A stretch of DNA of 64,000 nucleotides. It comes from a virus. A program made the position numbers and the translations under genes. Numbering within the stretch: position 1 is the first letter of the stretch; each line of letters opens with the position of its first letter. Positions 59,092-64,000 of this stretch are shown here, piece by piece. The stretch lies in the IMG/VR virus record IMGVR_UViG_3300025381_000007; one strand, given 5' to 3'. The notes below the pieces were generated by a model, which was not told the DNA's origin, ran no database searches, and saw only the letters and a program-made list of their open reading frames with translations.

Positions 59092-59575
59092 TCTCATCAG
59101 TAACTTGACCCTCGGGAACATATTTCATTTTTTCCATATATTGATCGTTCTCATCTAACTCGTGAGAAGCAAATCCCCCTGAGCCGCTACAATACCAATC
59201 AATGTAATCACCTTTTTCACGCATATCGGCAATGATGCCGCCGGCACTACGCCAAGAGCATGACCAACGCTGATCCTTTAGTATAGGCATAACATCCAAC
59301 TTTTGGAACTGCATATTACACATGGCCGCATACAGGTTTTGAGCATAACTATCCGACGCCTTGACCTTATCACAGATCCATTTAGTACTACGAAGATCAT
59401 ACTCCAAATTGTCTTTTTGCCACTCAGGATTTTTAAGATTAGCCTCATCCTGTTCTCGCCAAGTTTTGAACATCTCAAGATAATCTTCGCTAGGTTCTTG
59501 ACCTGTTTCTTTACATCGTCTGAGATAGCCTTCCTTTTGAAAGGTGTTACGTTCGGGGCTTTTATTAACGGTCAT
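59033..59575 (-). CDS. Hypothetical phage protein
   Basis: YAQNLYAAMCN...SWRSAGGIIADM...DWYCSG. Confidence 0.7.
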   Translation of the reverse strand: MTVNKSPERNTFQKEGYLRRCKETGQEPSEDYLEMFKTWREQDEANLKNPEWQKDNLEYDLRSTKWICDKVKASDSYAQNLYAAMCNMQFQKLDVMPILKDQRWSCSWRSAGGIIADMREKGDYIDWYCSGSGGFASHELDENDQYMEKMKYVPEGQVTDEIKEDLKKLGWISVEWEDSE

Positions 59576-59578
59576 AAA

Positions 59579-59623
59579 TCAAGTCCAAAGTGAATCACGG
59601 ATTTTGATAAGACGAATCATCAT
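59579..59623 (-). pseudogene. Orphaned original 3' end of the 60322-61149 gene
   Basis: Encodes MMIRLIKIRDSLWT*, versus the current C-terminus MMIRLIRVRHGLWT*. Confidence 0.8.
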
Positions 59624-59645
59624 TCTAAATTGTATAAATAACACT

Positions 59646-60344
59646 ATGAATACCTTTATTGAAAAATTAAAAACAACTAATAACAAATATTATACTTGGT
59701 ACAGCAACATCTGTCAACGTGCTTTATTAAGAAATTTACCAACTTTTGTATATACCGAAAAACATCATATATTACCAAAATCTTTATATCCGGAGTATTC
59801 TAAAAATAAAGATAATTTGGTAAAACTTACAGCCCGAGAACACTTCATATGTCATTGGTTATTAACTAAAATTATAAACGATCCAAAAACAATTTATGCT
59901 TTTCAAATGATGATTCCTAATAAAACATCTAACCGCTATCGTCTAAAATCTTCTACGGTTTATGAAAATCTAAAAAAACAATTTTCTAAAAATAATAAAG
60001 GATCTGTTGGAAAAACTTGGTATACTAACGGTACTGATAATAAATTTACATTAACTGCTCCGTCGGGGTTTGTTCCAGGCAGAACTTTCAGTGTAGATCA
60101 CAAAAATAAATTAAAAGGTATTCCAAAAACACAAGAACAAAAACAAAAACAATCGACTGTCATGACCGGAAAACCTGGACTTACTGGAGATGCTAATCCT
60201 GCAACACGCCAGGAAGTGAGAGAAAAAATTAGCAAATCTCGCACAGGAACTACTGCATCTGATGAAACAAAAACTAAAATGAGAAATTCTAAATTAGGTA
60301 AAAAACGAGGACCTTATAAAGTTAAGTCCAAAGACCGTGTCTAA
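59646..60344 (+). mobile_element. Free-standing HNH homing endonuclease with NUMOD3-like repeats
   Basis: EKHHILPKS...NLVKLTAREHFICHWLL; WYTNG; TATAAATA at 59633-59640. Confidence 0.85.
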
Positions 60345-61149
60345 CACGTATCAATCTTATCATCATTTCTTCATCCTCTGCTTCGTATTCTGCTTCAAGT
60401 CTACGCAGTTCATTATGGGCCAAATCACTTGCTCGAGCTAACTCGGGTGAATCTTTTGTGCCATCCCAACTTAACTTGCCGCCGTTTTGCAAACGACTTA
60501 GTTCGCAATAGGCAGTCCAACCGCTAGCATCGTAGGGGTCAGGGCGATTACGATATGTAGTAGTCCACCATAGATACAGCTCTTTGATTTCTCGAGCAGA
60601 CAGTGCTTGCTGTGTAGGCTCTTCCTTCTCACCTTCTTCAATAAAATCTCGGTTAGTGAGTCCAGCAGCCCAATCTAAGTGAGCAAGTCCGGCTTCGGCG
60701 CAACGCCAAGTGCGCCAGCGCAACCAGCCGCTACGATACCATGGAACTGCATATTTCTTACGAGCCTCATTATCCCAAGCACAATGATGCCAAGCAGTTT
60801 CTATTTCAACAAAATCCACAAGCTCATTAAACAAACAAGGAAGGAACCGATTTCCAACGTCTTTCCATTGTCCAGGTTTAATATCTTGAGGATTTGCTGT
60901 AAGCTGATGACTACGAGAGACCCAACGATTATTAATGTAATATCTGACATCATTTAATTTGTCCGTAGGATAATGAATAAAATTTTGGATAGCGTCTAAT
61001 GCATCTTCAGCTAACCAATAGCGAAAGCTGTGTTGCATTTTGGCACGAGTATTCCACTCATCCCATTCTTCACTGGTACCCATACCGAGTTTAGGAGTTC
61101 CGCGAATGTAATCTGCAAACTTTGAACAGGACCAATAATTACTTCTCAT
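60322..61149 (-). CDS. Trp-rich hypothetical phage protein
   Basis: Long ORF; 3' end apparently replaced by the HNH insertion. Confidence 0.75.
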   Translation of the reverse strand: MRSNYWSCSKFADYIRGTPKLGMGTSEEWDEWNTRAKMQHSFRYWLAEDALDAIQNFIHYPTDKLNDVRYYINNRWVSRSHQLTANPQDIKPGQWKDVGNRFLPCLFNELVDFVEIETAWHHCAWDNEARKKYAVPWYRSGWLRWRTWRCAEAGLAHLDWAAGLTNRDFIEEGEKEEPTQQALSAREIKELYLWWTTTYRNRPDPYDASGWTAYCELSRLQNGGKLSWDGTKDSPELARASDLAHNELRRLEAEYEAEDEEMMIRLIRVRHGLWT

Positions 61150-61150
61150 T

Positions 61151-61516
61151 TTATTTTCCAATAAAGGGTTTTAGATTAGGAGGAGTCCAACCTAAAGGTT
61201 TTAACACTTTTCCATCTTCACGCTTACGAACTTTGCCTGTTTCTTTATCGATTTTGGCAAAATTGGTAGCCATAACTTCTTTCCAAGCACCTTCAGCATC
61301 AAATCCTGCTGAATGAATAGCGCCGATTGTGACAACTAGTATATCGATTAAGGCATCTAGTTGTTCGACTTGATCGCCATTATTAATGGCTTGTTCGAGT
61401 TCTTCACGTTCTTCATCGATTAAAGTTACGTACATATTATACTGCGAACTATTAAACTTGTCAACACTTTGGTCGCAAGCCTTCATAAACTTATATTGAT
61501 CCTTGAACGGGTTCAT
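61151..61516 (-). CDS. MazG-like all-alpha NTP pyrophosphohydrolase
   Basis: LIDEEREEL, DALIDILVV, NFAK, REDGKVLKP. Confidence 0.85.
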   Translation of the reverse strand: MNPFKDQYKFMKACDQSVDKFNSSQYNMYVTLIDEEREELEQAINNGDQVEQLDALIDILVVTIGAIHSAGFDAEGAWKEVMATNFAKIDKETGKVRKREDGKVLKPLGWTPPNLKPFIGK

Positions 61517-61520
61517 TTTT

Positions 61521-61751
61521 TTATCTTCCTGTCTTTGATGTTGTTATTGTTGGCCCTTCTGTGGTAAAGTCAATTCCAGCCATACGGCCTTCGTAGAGTC
61601 TACCATTCCACGACATATTTAATTTTACTGATTTGTTCAGTACCACAGTGAGATTTCGTTTTTCGTTGAAGTTGAGTACTTCTGCTTCTACTGTTTTACT
61701 GGTCTTTTCTTGTTTGACAATACACTTGCTACTGACTCGTGTTACTTCCAT
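61521..61751 (-). CDS. Hypothetical protein
   Basis: Coupled ORF. Confidence 0.6.
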   Translation of the reverse strand: MEVTRVSSKCIVKQEKTSKTVEAEVLNFNEKRNLTVVLNKSVKLNMSWNGRLYEGRMAGIDFTTEGPTITTSKTGR

Positions 61752-62037
61752 CTTTGCCCCATCTCAAATAAAATTCACTTAGTTTCTTTGCTTCAAGTTC
61801 TGCTGTTATAGCATATCGATAACCAAATGTTTCGTAACTTATTTGTCTGTGCCATTCGGGTTCACCTACGGCATGTTCCATAACAAACTTACCCTGTTCA
61901 CTTTGTTTCCAATCCCACATCGGTTGCGCGGCATACAAGTCCGGATCCTCTACATCGCTCAAATAGAAACGATATACAACAACCTTATGAATTTCTTTCA
62001 CAACATTGTTTTCAACTTTGAATCTCACTGATGCCAT
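61729..62037 (-). CDS. Hypothetical protein
   Basis: DVEDPDLYAAQP motif. Confidence 0.65.
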   Translation of the reverse strand: MASVRFKVENNVVKEIHKVVVYRFYLSDVEDPDLYAAQPMWDWKQSEQGKFVMEHAVGEPEWHRQISYETFGYRYAITAELEAKKLSEFYLRWGKDGSNTSQ

Positions 62038-62345
62038 GATAAATGAAATAAGGTAATAAACTTTTCTGCATCTTTTCGATGTTTAAAATCCCACATATCC
62101 CAAGACATACGTCGGCAGTTATCCCAACTTTCTAAACGCTCAGTGGTCCACTCAACTGCACGATCTAACTTATTAGAGGGTATATTAGCAAAGGTAGCAA
62201 CAGGATATTCATCTTCCACGTCAACAAGTTGTAAAGTCCAATGACCATTAAATGCTTTATGTAAAGTTGGCTTAACCATTGAAGTATCTATTTCGTCCAT
62301 CCAAACTTTCACAGCTCGTTCTAATGGACCAAAATCAGTTTGCAT
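62025..62345 (-). CDS. Hypothetical protein
   Basis: Coupled ORF. Confidence 0.65.
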   Translation of the reverse strand: MQTDFGPLERAVKVWMDEIDTSMVKPTLHKAFNGHWTLQLVDVEDEYPVATFANIPSNKLDRAVEWTTERLESWDNCRRMSWDMWDFKHRKDAEKFITLFHLSWHQ

Positions 62346-62802
62346 TAGTCTTTTTCTTACGGCTTGGATATCGTCGACGTGCCTTGGGTTCTTTAATAAC
62401 TAAAGGCTGATGACTGGAATCTTTTTTAGATTTTTCCAATGCGGCATGAATAGCATCGGGACTGATGTCATCGTCCTCATCATGTTGATCAAAGTCACCT
62501 TCGCTAGTTAGATCAACACCAGTCCTACGCATAAGCCTAATACCAGCATCTGGATCTTTAAATACTTCACGCAAACTACCGACATGCCCGTCCTTAGTTT
62601 GGCTAATAGTTTCCCATGTTCTTACTTCAAGCAAGTATTCGATTTCAGTCGGAACTGCTATAACATAATGAACCATATCTGGATCCCAACCTTCTTGATC
62701 AACGGCAAAAGTTTGAACAACCTTACCTTCTGTAGATTTACCATTGCTAACACCGTAGATCCAAACGGTGTCGCCTATGTTATATAGTTTCTTGACTGTC
62801 AT
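62335..62802 (-). CDS. Hypothetical protein with SH3-like N-terminus
   Basis: YNIGDTVWI...GKV. Confidence 0.65.
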   Translation of the reverse strand: MTVKKLYNIGDTVWIYGVSNGKSTEGKVVQTFAVDQEGWDPDMVHYVIAVPTEIEYLLEVRTWETISQTKDGHVGSLREVFKDPDAGIRLMRRTGVDLTSEGDFDQHDEDDDISPDAIHAALEKSKKDSSHQPLVIKEPKARRRYPSRKKKTNAN

Positions 62803-62808
62803 AATATA

Positions 62809-62976
62809 TTAGGCCGGAGCCTTTTCCTTACCTTGTGTTTCAAGAAGATCCTTTACGAATTTGATAGCTTTACTATCTCGGTCGTAAACGTATTCTTGGT
62901 CTTCGTCTTCTTCAGATCTAAGAGTGACAATAACGCCATTCTTGACCTTACGAATTTCTATGCTTTCGAACAACAT
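62809..62976 (-). CDS. Small hypothetical protein
   Basis: Manual translation MLFESIEIRKVKNGVIV...; SD present. Confidence 0.6.
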   Translation of the reverse strand: MLFESIEIRKVKNGVIVTLRSEEDEDQEYVYDRDSKAIKFVKDLLETQGKEKAPA

Positions 62977-62990
62977 GGGTTCCCTTTCGT

Positions 62991-63719
62991 TTATTTTGGA
63001 ACTGATAGATTGTAGTTAAAGTGGAAAATACCAATATGACTTACTTCTCTACTCAATTCTTGATCGCACCAGATTTCGTATCCAGCTTTCTGTGCTTGTT
63101 GACAGAAATAGATATCCTCACCAATTTCAAGATTCAAATGTGGAACATACTCTTGTAGGTAGTGCGGTTGAGGAACTTTTTCGTAAACTTCACGTTTACA
63201 CAATACCATGCCATGTGGCAATACATCAATCAATTCCATTGCTGGAGAGTTGTCTGTAGTTTGGAATTCTGTGAACTTACCGCTTGATCCCATCATACCT
63301 GTAAAGTTAGGATTTGGGAAACGGCGTCGGCGATAGTTCGCACCAACAATTTCTTTATTACGGGCTAACAGTCGCATAGGAGCATCGATGGGGAATTTCA
63401 TGTCGCTATCAACCCACCAAATGTAATCAAAATCACTCTTTAGGAAGATGTCAACTAAGTTACGACGAGCAATAGTGATCACTGATCCAATGTTAAATGC
63501 ACAATTAATCTTGACGCCGTTAGCAACTAGATTAGCACATGCCATAGCCAAATGCTGTGCGAATTCAGCATTAACCATTTCCATTGCTGGCACTGCAACC
63601 ATAATACTTGGTGGACGACCGCCCGGACGTTGCAATACCTGCTGAGCCGCATTTGCAGTAGGAGCAGGACGTTGGGCCACTTGCTGGCGGCTTGGGATAT
63701 TGAGTTTACCTTTTTTCAT
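62991..63719 (-). CDS. GT-A fold glycosyltransferase (GT2-like)
   Basis: ARRNLV, WVDSDM (DxD), GEDIYFC, HIG. Confidence 0.8.
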   Translation of the reverse strand: MKKGKLNIPSRQQVAQRPAPTANAAQQVLQRPGGRPPSIMVAVPAMEMVNAEFAQHLAMACANLVANGVKINCAFNIGSVITIARRNLVDIFLKSDFDYIWWVDSDMKFPIDAPMRLLARNKEIVGANYRRRRFPNPNFTGMMGSSGKFTEFQTTDNSPAMELIDVLPHGMVLCKREVYEKVPQPHYLQEYVPHLNLEIGEDIYFCQQAQKAGYEIWCDQELSREVSHIGIFHFNYNLSVPK

Positions 63720-63924
63720 TTTTTACCTTTTTAGATCTTGTTAATGCTTTTGCTTTTACAGCAGGTTTTATTTCTTCAGTAACGGAAATACGACTTTCGG
63801 CGCTTAGAATTGCAAGTCGCACATCTCGAGCAAGTGCTTCGTCGTCCCATTTCAATTCTGTTCGACCGTCGGGATAGGTAGTCACTGTTAAATGACTACC
63901 TACTACTACAGTAGGTTCGGTCAT
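63706..63924 (-). CDS. Hypothetical protein
   Basis: Coupled ORF. Confidence 0.55.
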   Translation of the reverse strand: MTEPTVVVGSHLTVTTYPDGRTELKWDDEALARDVRLAILSAESRISVTEEIKPAVKAKALTRSKKVKNEKR

Positions 63925-64000
63925 AGCTTTTTCGATAACCTTACTGGCTACTTTTTTAGCTTTGGTTGTTTTAGGTTTAACTGATTCTGCTACTTCAGCA

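Noticed and set aside
59544-59645. N-terminal extensions given by the ORF track (also at 10716, 12507, 17661, 48329)
   Set aside because: They overlap neighbouring genes or promoters; downstream starts fit SD/promoter positions and domain boundaries better.
1-64000. tRNA/rRNA genes, introns or inteins, alternative genetic code
   Set aside because: Intergenic gaps are short with no cloverleaf seen, core genes are uninterrupted and of normal length, and the standard code gives dense coding.

Overview
64 kb of an AT-rich, gene-dense, large tailed dsDNA phage genome (inferred T4-related/jumbo type). Most genes are on the minus strand. The spanin pair points to a Gram-negative host. I saw no tRNA, rRNA, CRISPR array or integrase. 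Content, left to right: sliding clamp and family-B DNA polymerase; a block of genes with T4-internal-protein-like leaders and Glu-delimited modules (deaminase, polyprotein, three nucleotidyltransferase/ligase-type enzymes, plus Dps); ClpA, Def and DnaJ; a lysis module; PhoH and clamp loader; GroES and a DnaE fragment; tail-fibre paralogues, a collagen fibre and a sedolisin-Ig fusion; SOD, UvsE, QueD and ClpP; and a plus-strand metabolic island. The strongest unexplained signal is an in-frame cassette array in the 830-aa ORF: six identical 15-bp repeats (AAGGTGTGGCGGAAG), invariant even at synonymous sites, separate unrelated mini-domains. Also notable are three homing-endonuclease insertions or scars with duplicated target ends, a riboswitch-like pseudoknot before queD, a tandem hairpin operator before the polymerase, and 5'-3' complementarity around phoH. 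All family assignments are from motif recognition and memory, not database searches.
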